44,222 nucleotides of DNA from Thermoplasmata archaeon (GTDB taxonomy: Archaea; Thermoplasmatota; Thermoplasmata; Thermoplasmatales; ARK-15). How positions within the stretch are numbered: position 1 is the stretch's first letter; each line of letters opens with the position of its first letter. Shown one piece after another: positions 10,164 to 20,700 of this stretch. The notes under the pieces are model-generated. The model saw only the letters and a list, made by a program, of their open reading frames with translations, did not search any database and was not told the DNA's origin. Location: the NCBI GenBank assembly GCA_049967595.1, contig JBMFSK010000003.1, forward strand, positions 1 through 44,222, read 5' to 3'. Made by a program: the position numbers and the translations under genes.

Positions 10164-10499
10164 ATGAAATCTTTTGATGTTTTAAATGAGTATGTAAACA
10201 AGCTGAATGCAAATTCAGCTGTGAAAAGTGAGCTCAAAGGAACAACAAGTGTATTTCAGTTTAAGAATGATCTCGGGGATTCGTTTTACCTTAGTTTTAA
10301 GGAAGACGGATCTGCAGTCCTTTCTCAGGGTGAGCATGGATCGCCAACTGTTGTATTAACGGCAAAAGAAGAAGATTTGCAAGCCATAATAGATGGAAAA
10401 CTGGATGGAGTTCAGGCATTTTTCTCTGGAAAACTGAAAATAAAAGGAGACCCATTTTTAGCGCAAAAGCTTGTTAACATTATAAAGAAGTTAAAGTGA
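10164..10499 (+). CDS. SCP2 sterol-carrier / lipid-transfer domain protein
   Basis: GKLDGVQAFFSGKLKIKGD signature, about 110 aa; ATG 10164 preferred to GTG 10125. Confidence 0.9.
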   Translation: MKSFDVLNEYVNKLNANSAVKSELKGTTSVFQFKNDLGDSFYLSFKEDGSAVLSQGEHGSPTVVLTAKEEDLQAIIDGKLDGVQAFFSGKLKIKGDPFLAQKLVNIIKKLK

Positions 10500-10505
10500 T
10501 GAAAC

Positions 10506-12500
10506 ATGGAAATCAAGAAGATTGCAGTGATTGGATCTGGGGATATGGGGCATGGTATAGCTGAGGTATTTGCGGTGAATGGCTATGAGGTAAACATGGA
10601 GGACATCTCAAAAGAAATGCTTGATAAAGCAATGAACGAGATCAGGGACAGCCTGGAAAAATTGTCAAAAAAGGGAACACTTGGTCAATCATCATTGAGT
10701 GATGTATTATCTAGGGTTAAGACTTTCACTGAAATAGAACCTGCGGTGAAGGATGTCGATCTTGTGATAGAGGCGGTTCCTGAAATAGAGGAACTTAAGA
10801 AAAAGATATTCCAGGATCTGGAAAAATTTACCAGAAAAGACACCATTCTGACGAGCAATACATCGAATATAAGGATCACAGACATTGCAAAAAACATTAC
10901 AAATAGGGACAGAGTTGCGGGTCTTCATTTCTTCAATCCCCCAGTGGTTATGAAACTGGTAGAGGTAATAAAAGGTGATGAAACATCTGATGAGGTGATT
11001 TCCCAGCTTTACGATCTATCGAAAAAGATAGGCAAAATACCTGTAAAAGTCATGAGGGATTCACCAGGTTTCATAGTGAACAGAATCAATGCACCTGACA
11101 TGTTATTGTTCTGCCTATTGATAGAGAATAAAGTTGCCGAACCGGAGGAAATAGATGCATTTGCAAAATTGCAAGGGATGCCAATGGGCCCCTATGAATT
11201 GATTGATTACGTTGGTATTGATGTTGTTTATCATTCAATGGAATATTATGCCAAGACACTCAGTCCGGATTATGGAAAATGCAAAGTTTATGAAGATCTT
11301 TATAACAAGAAATACCTCGGCAAGAAAACTGGCAGAGGATTTTATGATTGGTCATCTGGAAGACCAGTAATCAATACAAAGAAGGCTACCAACAAAGTGG
11401 ATTTGATGGATATTTTTGCAGTTGAGATAAATGAGTCTGTAAAGCTTATTGAGGAAGGAGTTGCAACACCAGATGATATAGAAACGGGTGTAAAATACGG
11501 ATTAAACCGCGCATTTGGTCCTATATCAGTTGCAAAAAGCTTTACAAATGCGGAAGTAAAAGCAAAACTGGATACACTTGCGAAGAGATTCAGCTGCTCC
11601 GTATTCGAGCCTGCGGAATCAATTAAAAATGGAAAGATGAGAGAAGCAATAGATGGAAGGCTAAAGAAAAAAGAAGAGAAGAAGGAGGAAAAGGTTCAGA
11701 AAGAAGCTGTAAAATCATCATCATCTGAACAATTGAACACCATAATCATTGAAAAATATCCATTCAAGGTGGCAAAAATTGTTTTGAACAGGCCCAAGCA
11801 TAATACCATAAACGATGAACTTTTGGATGATCTTGAGAAAGCAATAAAGATGCTCTGGAATGACAATGAAGTATATGTTGTTATAATTACAGGTCAGGGC
11901 AATACGTTATCATCCGGCGCAGATCTATCCCAATATTTTGCAGGAAGTTATCAGTTCCTGGAATTTTCCAGGAAAGGTGAGAGGACATTCAGGCTTTTAT
12001 CAGAAATGCCAAAATTAACCATTGCCGTGATGAAGGGATACGCACTCGGAGGCGGCTTTGAATTATCTTTAGCTTGTGATCTCAGGGTAGGTACTGAGGA
12101 CGTTCAGGTAGGATTCCCTGAGGTTACGCTTGGCCTTATACCTGCCTGGGGTGGATCGCAAAAGCTTGCAAGAGTGGCGGGCTTAGGTAAAGCTATGGAA
12201 ATGATAGTTACGGGCCAGAGAATTACAGGTAAGGAGGCATTTTCTATGGGTATAGTAAACAAGATTTTCAGAGACCCGGACAATGAGGCAGTTGAGTACG
12301 CAAAGGCGATAGCTGAAACATCTGCGCCAATTTCCATGTATCTTGCAAAAAGACTGCTTAATAAGGGCACAGAGGTACCTATGGACATCGGCTTAGAAAT
12401 GGAATCATTTGCAGCCGGTGTTGCTTATTCAACAGAGGACATTAAGGAAGGTATTTCATCATTTTTGCAGAAGAAAAAACCTGAATACAGAGGTAGATAA
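10506..12500 (+). CDS. 3-hydroxyacyl-CoA dehydrogenase / enoyl-CoA hydratase fusion (archaeal HAD-ECH order)
   Basis: GSGDMGHG, EAVPE, SNTS, GLHFFNPP, PGFIVNR; Lys/Glu linker; C-terminal crotonase with AD, GGGFEL and FPEVTLG (both catalytic Glu present). Confidence 0.95.
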   Translation: MEIKKIAVIGSGDMGHGIAEVFAVNGYEVNMEDISKEMLDKAMNEIRDSLEKLSKKGTLGQSSLSDVLSRVKTFTEIEPAVKDVDLVIEAVPEIEELKKKIFQDLEKFTRKDTILTSNTSNIRITDIAKNITNRDRVAGLHFFNPPVVMKLVEVIKGDETSDEVISQLYDLSKKIGKIPVKVMRDSPGFIVNRINAPDMLLFCLLIENKVAEPEEIDAFAKLQGMPMGPYELIDYVGIDVVYHSMEYYAKTLSPDYGKCKVYEDLYNKKYLGKKTGRGFYDWSSGRPVINTKKATNKVDLMDIFAVEINESVKLIEEGVATPDDIETGVKYGLNRAFGPISVAKSFTNAEVKAKLDTLAKRFSCSVFEPAESIKNGKMREAIDGRLKKKEEKKEEKVQKEAVKSSSSEQLNTIIIEKYPFKVAKIVLNRPKHNTINDELLDDLEKAIKMLWNDNEVYVVIITGQGNTLSSGADLSQYFAGSYQFLEFSRKGERTFRLLSEMPKLTIAVMKGYALGGGFELSLACDLRVGTEDVQVGFPEVTLGLIPAWGGSQKLARVAGLGKAMEMIVTGQRITGKEAFSMGIVNKIFRDPDNEAVEYAKAIAETSAPISMYLAKRLLNKGTEVPMDIGLEMESFAAGVAYSTEDIKEGISSFLQKKKPEYRGR

Positions 12501-12502
12501 AC

Positions 12503-13687
12503 ATGCAGGATGTATATTTAGTTGATTATATAAGAACGCCATTTTCGAGGTCCAGGCCGAATGAACCAGAGAGGGATATTTTCAATTCCCTAAGAATGGA
12601 CGATGCAGTAGCAATGCTGCTCAAGGAGATCATAGGAAGGAATAATATTGATCCCATGAGAATAGGGGATGTAATAACAGGATGTGCATTGCAGGCAGAC
12701 GAAAACTGGCTTTATGGTGGCAGGCATCCTATATTTTTAGCAGGATTGCCCGTTGAAGTACCGGCAATGGCAGTTGACAGGGCATGTTCTTCGTCGATGG
12801 TTGCCATGGCCATCGGGTCTTGGGAAATAATGACAGGGAATTCAGACATAACACTGGCTGGTGGCATGGAGCATATGACACATGTTCCTTTAGGTAATAA
12901 CCCGCATATCGCTGTGAATTACAAATTATTAGTCAGGCCGGAATACATGAAATACCAGATGAATATTGGTTACAGCATGGGTTTAACGGCGGAAAAACTG
13001 GCAGAAGTATCGGGAATATCAAAGGACGAGATGGACCAATTTTCACTGAGGAGCCATAAGCTGGCAGGTGAAGCTATAAAAAATGACTGGTTCAAGGGTG
13101 AGATATTACCCGTTCAGGTTGAATCAAATGGTGAGATGATCACCGTTGACAAGGACCAGAGTGTTAGGCCAGATACTACTTTAGAACAGATTAGAAAACT
13201 TCCACCCGCATTCAAGTCCGATGGGGTAATAACAGCGGGAAATTCATCACCCTTAAATGCAGGTGCATCAATGACGATGTTGATGAATGAAAAGACAATG
13301 GATGAATACGGTCTGAAACCAATGGCCAGGGTTGTATCTTTTGGCTGGGCTGGCGTAGACCCGAGCATCATGGGTGAAGGCCCCGTACCCGCATCCAAAA
13401 AGGCATTGGAAAGAGCCAAAATGAAGGTTGAGGACATAGATTATTGGGAGATAAATGAAGCGTTTGCCGTTGTTCCATTGAATGCAATACATAAACTTGG
13501 AATAGACATAAACAAAGTAAACATACATGGTGGGGGCGTAGCAATAGGCCATCCACTTGGTGCTTCAGGCGCTAGAATAACAGGAACCCTTGCAAGAATT
13601 CTGAATGAAAAGAATGCAAAATATGGTCTTGCCACCTTATGCGTTGGTGGGGGCCAGGGTTATGCAACAATACTAGAGAAGGTGTAA
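12503..13687 (+). CDS. Acetyl-CoA C-acyltransferase (thiolase)
   Basis: DRACSSS, NEAF, GHPLGASG, CVGGG motifs. Confidence 0.96.
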   Translation: MQDVYLVDYIRTPFSRSRPNEPERDIFNSLRMDDAVAMLLKEIIGRNNIDPMRIGDVITGCALQADENWLYGGRHPIFLAGLPVEVPAMAVDRACSSSMVAMAIGSWEIMTGNSDITLAGGMEHMTHVPLGNNPHIAVNYKLLVRPEYMKYQMNIGYSMGLTAEKLAEVSGISKDEMDQFSLRSHKLAGEAIKNDWFKGEILPVQVESNGEMITVDKDQSVRPDTTLEQIRKLPPAFKSDGVITAGNSSPLNAGASMTMLMNEKTMDEYGLKPMARVVSFGWAGVDPSIMGEGPVPASKKALERAKMKVEDIDYWEINEAFAVVPLNAIHKLGIDINKVNIHGGGVAIGHPLGASGARITGTLARILNEKNAKYGLATLCVGGGQGYATILEKV

Positions 13688-13690
13688 AAT

Positions 13691-14812
13691 ATGGACTTTT
13701 CCCTACCGCCAGAGCTGGAAGAAAAAAGGAAAATAGTAAGGGCATTTGCTTTGAAAGAATTCCCTGAAGAAAAGAGAAGATATTATGATGAGAATGAGAA
13801 ATTTCCTTTTGAGATAAGGAAAAAAGCCCAGGAGATAGGCCTGCTGAACTATGGGAATTACTGGGATCTTCTGATTACAATTGAAGAACTGTTCAGAGTG
13901 GACCCGGGACTTGGATTCTCGATCTTTGCACCTTTTTTTGGGAATGAAAACATACTGCTTCTCGGAAACGAAGAACAGAAGAAAAAGTACTTTGAACCGG
14001 TAATTCAGGGAGAAAGGATAATGGGATTTGCGGTAACAGAGCCCGTTGCCGGAAGCGATGTTTCAGGCATAGCATCAAAACTTGAGAAACAACCTGACGG
14101 TTCGTACATACTCAATGGCTCGAAGATGTTCATCACAAATGGTACAATAGCCGATCAACTTGTAGTTGTTGCAAGGTCAGGACCCGTACCCTCTGAGCAA
14201 AAGAGGCACCATAATATGTCAATGGTCATAGTTGAAACAAAATGGCCAGGTGTTTCAACAAACAAGCTCTACGGTAAGATGGGAATGAGGGCCTCCGATA
14301 CGGCAGAAGTTATATTTGATAACGTTAGGGTTCCCAAGGAGAATCTTCTGGGTGAAGAAGGTAAAGGATTTTACTATGCAATGAATTTTTTCAACATATC
14401 AAGGATTTACGTTGCAGCTATGGCAATAGGCATAGCCCAGGGAGCGCTAGATATAATAGTTGAAAAGGCCAAAAGGGACAAGGCATTTTCAACCATGGAA
14501 GGAACTCAGTTCACGATAGCGGAAATTGCAACCAGAATAGAAGCGGCAAGATTGATAACATACAAAGCAGCATCATATCTCTTCCAATTCAACCCTGATC
14601 CCGTACTTACAAGCATGGCAAAGTATTATGCGGCTGAAACTGGCACATATGCTACAGAAAAGGCCTTACTTGCAACTGGTATGGATGGAGCTGTAAATTC
14701 ATTGGAAAGAATGTTTAGGGATGCAAAGATTAACGAAATATGGGAAGGATCTAGTGAAATTGAAGAATTGACAATTTATAGAATGTTAATGAAAAAATTG
14801 GAGGGGGAATGA
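13691..14812 (+). CDS. Acyl-CoA dehydrogenase (catalytic, alpha-like subunit)
   Basis: FAVTEPVAGSD, GSKMFITNG, RDAKINEIWEGSSEI; lacks the RxxFG and QxxGGxG motifs. Confidence 0.9.
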   Translation: MDFSLPPELEEKRKIVRAFALKEFPEEKRRYYDENEKFPFEIRKKAQEIGLLNYGNYWDLLITIEELFRVDPGLGFSIFAPFFGNENILLLGNEEQKKKYFEPVIQGERIMGFAVTEPVAGSDVSGIASKLEKQPDGSYILNGSKMFITNGTIADQLVVVARSGPVPSEQKRHHNMSMVIVETKWPGVSTNKLYGKMGMRASDTAEVIFDNVRVPKENLLGEEGKGFYYAMNFFNISRIYVAAMAIGIAQGALDIIVEKAKRDKAFSTMEGTQFTIAEIATRIEAARLITYKAASYLFQFNPDPVLTSMAKYYAAETGTYATEKALLATGMDGAVNSLERMFRDAKINEIWEGSSEIEELTIYRMLMKKLEGE

Positions 14813-15855
14813 ACATGGACGAAGAACATAGGGTTCTAGAATCCGTATTGAAGGAATTTTCACAGAAGGAAATCGAACCCATAAACAAGAGCATTGAACT
14901 CGAAGGTCTTAGCACGGATTTAAAGAACAAGCTAGCATCACAGGGTTTTCTAGGAGCCTTGGCACCTGTTGAAACAGGTGGAGCATCACTAGACAGGCTT
15001 GGTTACACGATCCTTCTCAGGGAAATTGCGGCAGCAAGTCCTTCAGCTGCATTTTACATTTTCATACAGAATTCTCTTGTAATAAAATCATTAATGAAGG
15101 ACAACGAGCTGGATACTATTTCCAGTATAGCATCAGGAAAAATGTCAGGAACAATGGCATTTTCAACGAGGTTGAACATGCTCGATCCCGGGCACATTCA
15201 AAAAAATGGGGGCAAAGTAGAAGGTATTCTAAACAGTGTATTCAACTCAGCAGGTAACATATTCATAGTAAACATTGAAGAAGAGAATAACCTTTATTTG
15301 TTAAGTTCAGGTTATGAGAAATTACCAAACCATGAGCAGCTTGGTTTCAGGGGTGTAACATTCTCACCGGTGAAATTCAATTCAAGCGATTTCAAGCGCC
15401 TGAGCACAAAAATGGATGATATCATAGAGGACATTCATCTTGCAGTTTCATCAATAGCGATAGGCATAGCCAGCGGAGCAATATCAAAGGCGATATCCTA
15501 TGCAAAAGAGAGGGATGCATTCCTTCACAAGTTGAAGGATTTCCAGCCACTGGCATTTAACATGTCACAGGCATATTCAGAACTGGATGCGCTGAATTCA
15601 TATCTCATAGAAGTTGCAGAAGGAGAAAAAGATCTGAAAAAAGAGCTAATGCTGAAATCTGTATCTCTGGATTTTGCGAGAAGAACAGCCAAACTAGCAT
15701 TGCAGGTCCACGGAGGTTATGGTTACCTCATGGATTTCGGCGTTGAAAAATTCTACAGGGATGCAATGTTTCTCTCGATAGTTGGAGGTCACTCACTAAA
15801 AGATAAAATAAAGTTATCAGAGCTCATATTCGAATCCAAAGCCGGCTGGATATAA
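14809..15855 (+). CDS. Acyl-CoA dehydrogenase-like protein (degenerate, beta-like subunit)
   Basis: Retains YAKERDAF..FQ, LQVHGGYGY and EKFYRDA; lacks TEPxxGSD and the YEG catalytic Glu; ATGA overlap with upstream ACAD. Confidence 0.85.
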   Translation: MNMDEEHRVLESVLKEFSQKEIEPINKSIELEGLSTDLKNKLASQGFLGALAPVETGGASLDRLGYTILLREIAAASPSAAFYIFIQNSLVIKSLMKDNELDTISSIASGKMSGTMAFSTRLNMLDPGHIQKNGGKVEGILNSVFNSAGNIFIVNIEEENNLYLLSSGYEKLPNHEQLGFRGVTFSPVKFNSSDFKRLSTKMDDIIEDIHLAVSSIAIGIASGAISKAISYAKERDAFLHKLKDFQPLAFNMSQAYSELDALNSYLIEVAEGEKDLKKELMLKSVSLDFARRTAKLALQVHGGYGYLMDFGVEKFYRDAMFLSIVGGHSLKDKIKLSELIFESKAGWI

Positions 15856-15856
15856 T

Positions 15857-16261
15857 TTAAAAATCTTTCAGAAAGTAGACGCCCTGCGCATGTGCGCAGA
15901 GCTTTCCTTTTCCATCATAAATGTTTATTGATGCAAAGGCTAAATGTTTTCCTTTTCTTTCTATTTTTCCTTCACCTATTACAGGGCCATTTTCAATAGA
16001 CTCCAGGAATTCTATATTTAATGATATTGTTACTTGATTTTTTCCAGTAAGAAGGGTCGACACTGAAGTGCCACCAGTAGAATCCGCAAGTGTGGCAATT
16101 GCACCACCATTTGCGATACCTCCGAGCCTAGTTATTTCCTCCCGAAAATCCATTGACAGCTTTGCATAACCTTCTTCAAGGGAAAGAATCTTTATTCCGA
16201 CATGTTTTAAAAAAGGGTCCATTTCTATGACAGATTTCAGGAATTCATATTTTTCATCCAT
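15857..16261 (-). CDS. PaaI-family thioesterase
   Basis: GGIANGGAIATLADSTGG motif, hotdog length 134 aa. Confidence 0.88.
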   Translation of the reverse strand: MDEKYEFLKSVIEMDPFLKHVGIKILSLEEGYAKLSMDFREEITRLGGIANGGAIATLADSTGGTSVSTLLTGKNQVTISLNIEFLESIENGPVIGEGKIERKGKHLAFASINIYDGKGKLCAHAQGVYFLKDF

Positions 16262-16275
16262 AGATGCGTAAAAGT

Positions 16276-17625
16276 TTACATATTTTTAAACATTTCAATA
16301 TTAGAGATTTCTTTTAATTCCATTGACCTTTTCATGATTTTTTCTAAATTCTTGCCTCCTGTTAGAAATTCCACTTCCTCATCAGTTAAATTAAGTATGG
16401 CAGTATTCCAGGCTGCGAATTCAATGTTATTTTCAAAAATTTTCATAAATATTTCAAAGAAATCGTAATTTGTAGAATCCACAGATTGATGAGTTATTTT
16501 TGACAATTTTTGCGAAATTATATCCCTGTAATCCTTTGATCTTTTTCTCTGGGACAGGGCTTTGAGAAAATCAGGGCTATTCAATTTTCCATGTATTCCA
16601 TATTTGTGTTTTTTAGCGATAGATACAGCTGCAAGAAAGTCATAAACATAAGATAAAAAGCCATAATATTGTAATCTTCTAATTCTACCTAAATATAGAT
16701 TTGCCTGAAATATGAAATCAAAAGCTCGCGAAAGATCTTCCAAGTCAAGATATTCATGTGCAATATTTTCATCAATCCATTGTATGATGAGAGACGGATC
16801 TTCATCTACAGAATTCAAAGCTTCCCTGGATGTTTTCATAGACATGCTTAAAATTACATCTAAGGTTGCGCTGTAAATATTTTCCACAATGTCCCTAGTT
16901 CCAAGGTTTTCCACATCTTTTTCAGTAACTGTCTTTTTCCCCTGTGCAAGCATCTGTAGATCATTAATCGCTGCTCTTACATCACCACCACTCTTCTGTG
17001 CAATTCTGTCTAGAATAGCTCTGTCAACAATTATATTTTCCATTGCACAAATTACCTTTAAAACAGATGACGAAATCTGCTTATAGTTCAGAGACCTAAA
17101 TTTGATTTCCTCGACTAAATTCCTTAGAATTTGTCCCTGTTCACCTTTAAAAAGTTCGTAAGGATCATTTGCAATTAAAACAACAGGTTGCATGGTAACC
17201 TTTACAGTTTCTATGATGGCCTTTCTCCCTCCTCTATCACCTGCTTCACCTCTACCCTCATATAAATTGTCAGCCTCATCTATTATGATTAATTTTCTTT
17301 TTCCCTCTTTTGAAGACAAGTATTCTCCGGAATTATCAAAAGTCTCGTAAAGAGACCCCCTCATTGCAATTTCTTTTATATGCTCTTCATTTCTTATGTC
17401 TGAAGCATTTAATTCTATGACGCTCCAGCCTAGATCATTAGCAAGAGCTAATGCTGCACTGGTTTTACCTACACCAGGTTTTCCCTCAAAAACAAGTGCT
17501 TTTTTTTTGGGTATATTTCCAGATTTCCATGCTTGACCCCATTCCCTAATCCTCTGTACAGCATCCGGATTTCCAATTATGCCCCTTAAAGATTTGGGTC
17601 TGTATTTTTCAGCCCATTCTATCAT
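16276..17625 (-). CDS. rfcL: Replication factor C large subunit
   Basis: WAEKYRP, Walker A GKPGVGKT, ELNASD, IIIDEAD, GDVRAAINDLQ, WIDEN; ATG 17625 preferred. Confidence 0.95.
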   Translation of the reverse strand: MIEWAEKYRPKSLRGIIGNPDAVQRIREWGQAWKSGNIPKKKALVFEGKPGVGKTSAALALANDLGWSVIELNASDIRNEEHIKEIAMRGSLYETFDNSGEYLSSKEGKRKLIIIDEADNLYEGRGEAGDRGGRKAIIETVKVTMQPVVLIANDPYELFKGEQGQILRNLVEEIKFRSLNYKQISSSVLKVICAMENIIVDRAILDRIAQKSGGDVRAAINDLQMLAQGKKTVTEKDVENLGTRDIVENIYSATLDVILSMSMKTSREALNSVDEDPSLIIQWIDENIAHEYLDLEDLSRAFDFIFQANLYLGRIRRLQYYGFLSYVYDFLAAVSIAKKHKYGIHGKLNSPDFLKALSQRKRSKDYRDIISQKLSKITHQSVDSTNYDFFEIFMKIFENNIEFAAWNTAILNLTDEEVEFLTGGKNLEKIMKRSMELKEISNIEMFKNM

Positions 17626-17760
17626 CAGAACAATATCATTTAAAACATAAATAAACATTTCTAAAGTTAGTTTCTTTACAAAAATGTTTTTTAAATTTAT
17701 ATTCTGTCTTTAAAAATGGTAAAAACTTTATTTCATGATTTTATATCCGTTGAAGATATT

Positions 17761-20700
17761 ATGGAAAAAGAAACATTTAATCCAAAATTAGACTTTGTTA
17801 AAATAGAAAAAGAAATGATGGACTATTGGGAAAAGGAGAATATTTTTTCACAGTTAAGGAAAAAAAATGAAAACAATGAAATTTTCTCATTTTTGGAAGG
17901 TCCTCCAACTGCAAATGGGCACCCTCATTTTGGCCATGCACTTACAAGGGTTACTAAAGATGTTGTTTTGAGGTTTCAGGCAATGAAAGGAAAAAACGTA
18001 TTTCCATGGATAGGTGGCTGGGATTGCCACGGGTTGCCTGTGGAACTTGAAGTAGAAAAAATGTTAAAGATAAACTCAAAAAAGGAAATTGAAAAATATG
18101 GTATCAAAGAATTTAATCTGTTGTGTAAGGAGAGTGTTTTCAAATATAAAAAAGAATGGGAGGATATGACAAAAAGGATTGGTTTCTGGATAGACCTTGA
18201 CAACGCTTATATTACCATGAGCAACAATTACATAGAAAGTGTCTGGTGGGCATTGAGCCAGGTATGGAAGATGGGCTTGCTGGAAAAGAGCTTCAAGATA
18301 GTTCCATACTGTCCAAGATGTGGGACCCCACTATCGAGCCACGAGGTAGCACAGGGATATAAAGAAACAGATGACCCATCTGTATATGTTAAATTTAAAG
18401 TTAAGGAAGAGGACGCATATTTTCTTGTCTGGACTACCACTCCATGGACACTACCATCGAATCTTTTTTTAGCTGTAAATGAAAAATTCGATTATGCTTT
18501 AGTTGAATTTGGAAATGAGAGATTTTATATTTCATTTGATCTGGCCAAAAAATTAATGCCAGATGCAAAAATAATTAAAACTATAAAAGGTAAAGATCTT
18601 ATAGGAAAGAAGTACGATAGAATAATAGATGCCATTCCGTATGAAGGTGATGTATTTTTTGTAGTTCAGGGTGATTTTGTATCATTAGAAGAGGGAACAG
18701 GTATAGTACATATAGCACCAGCATTCGGTTCAGATGATTTTGAAATAGGAAAAAAATTGAATGTAAAAATTTTAAATCCTGTGGATAGAGATGGCAGGTT
18801 CATAGAAGGTCCTTGGAAAGGGAAATTTGTAAAGGATGCGGACAAGGAAATAATCTCATTCCTAAAAAAAGAAAATAAGCTCTTCAAGTATGAAAGAATT
18901 AAACATACATATCCTTTCTGCTGGAGGTGCGGTACACCATTACTTTATTATCCGCTTGACACATGGTATATAAAAGTTTCAAACGTGAGGGAAAGATTAA
19001 TAGAAAATAACGAAAAGATAAACTGGATTCCAGATCATCTAAAATATGGTAGATTTGGAAATTTTCTTTTAGAGGCAAAAGATTGGGCCTTAAGCAGGGA
19101 TAGATACTGGGGAACACCATTACCTGTATGGAAATGCAAAAATGGGCATACATTTGTTCCATCCAGCTTTAAAGAACTTTTTGAATATGCGGATAATGTA
19201 CCGAATGATTTTGAACCTCACAGACCTTGGGTAGACGAAATAAGTATCAGGTGTCCGAAATGCAATGAAAAAATGGAAAGAGAAAATTTTGTAATAGACG
19301 GCTGGTTTGATTCAGGAAGTGCCCCATTCGCCCAGTTCCATTATCCATTTGAAAATGCAGAAAAGTTCCAAAAATTCTTTCCAGTGGATTTTATTACAGA
19401 AGCCATTGACCAGACTAGGGGCTGGTTTTATACCTTACACGTAGTAAATACACTGATAAACAATTCAAATTCTTATAAAAATGTATTAACTCTGGGTTTC
19501 GTACTGAACGAAAAGGGAGAAAAAATGAGTAAGAGCAGGGGTGATGCTGTAGATCCCATGCCTATAATGGACTCTCTCGGTGCAGATGCATTAAGAGTAT
19601 ACATATTCAGTTCACCTCCATGGAAGGACAGGAGAGTATCAAGTACTCTAATAAAGGAATACAGATCAAAAACAATTGAAACGCTTTGGAATTCATATGT
19701 TTTTTTTAAAAATAATGCCATTTTAGACAAGTTTGATTATGATGGTGGTGAAATAACTGAAAGTCTGGATAAATGGATTATTTCAAGGCTTAACAGCACA
19801 ATAAAATGCGTTGAAAATTACATGGAAAAGTATGAAATTCACAGAGCGATGGAGTGCAATGAAATATTCATAAATGAACTAAGCAATTGGTACATTAGAA
19901 GGTCAAGGAGGAGATTTTGGGAGGAAAAGTTAACGCAAGAAAAATTATCAGGATACAGAACATTGTTCCTGGTTTTCAGAGATTTTTCAAAAGTACTGGC
20001 GCCTTTTGCCCCATTCATATCAGAATACATATTCAGAAATTTGACTAAGGAGGTCAGCGTACATCTGCAGGAATTTCCTTCTCACAATGAATTTTTAATA
20101 GATACACACCTTGAAACAGAAATGCAATCTTTAATTAATATCGTGGAGCTAGGAAGAAAAGCAAGACAAATTGCAAATATTCGAACTAGGCAACCATTGG
20201 AAAAATTTTATGTTGTATCAAGAAACACAAATTTAAAAGATATAATAGAAAAATATAAAGAAATAATAACTGAAGAATTGAATGTAAAAGATGTGCTGTT
20301 TGATGAAAATATAAATAAGTATATCAAGCTAGAAGTGAAATTTGATCCGAAGGTTGTTGGTCCCATACTCAAAGCAGGGATAAAAAAATACACAGATAAT
20401 TTAATTAGCATGGATCCATGGTCACTAAAGAAGGTAACAGAAGAAAATGATAAGGTAAAAATTCTGGATATAGATTTTCCTTCAAATGCTTTATTATTTA
20501 ATGAAAAACCTATTGAAGATTTAGTAATGGTAAAAGATAAAGATACCTATGTCCTAATAACAAAAAAGATAGACAGGAATCTTTTACTAGAAGGTCTTGC
20601 AAGAGAACTTGTAAGAAGAATTCAATTAATGAGAAAGGAACTTGACTTAGCTTATGCAGATAGGATTGAACTGAACATAGAATCTCAGGACCCAGATATA

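Noticed and set aside
11664-11730. A/G-rich low-complexity stretch and TCA repeats
   Set aside because: They encode the Lys/Glu/Ser linker between the HAD and ECH domains; not a DNA repeat element.
14809-15855. Second ACAD as a pseudogene
   Set aside because: The ORF is intact, translationally coupled, and keeps exactly the motifs its partner lacks.
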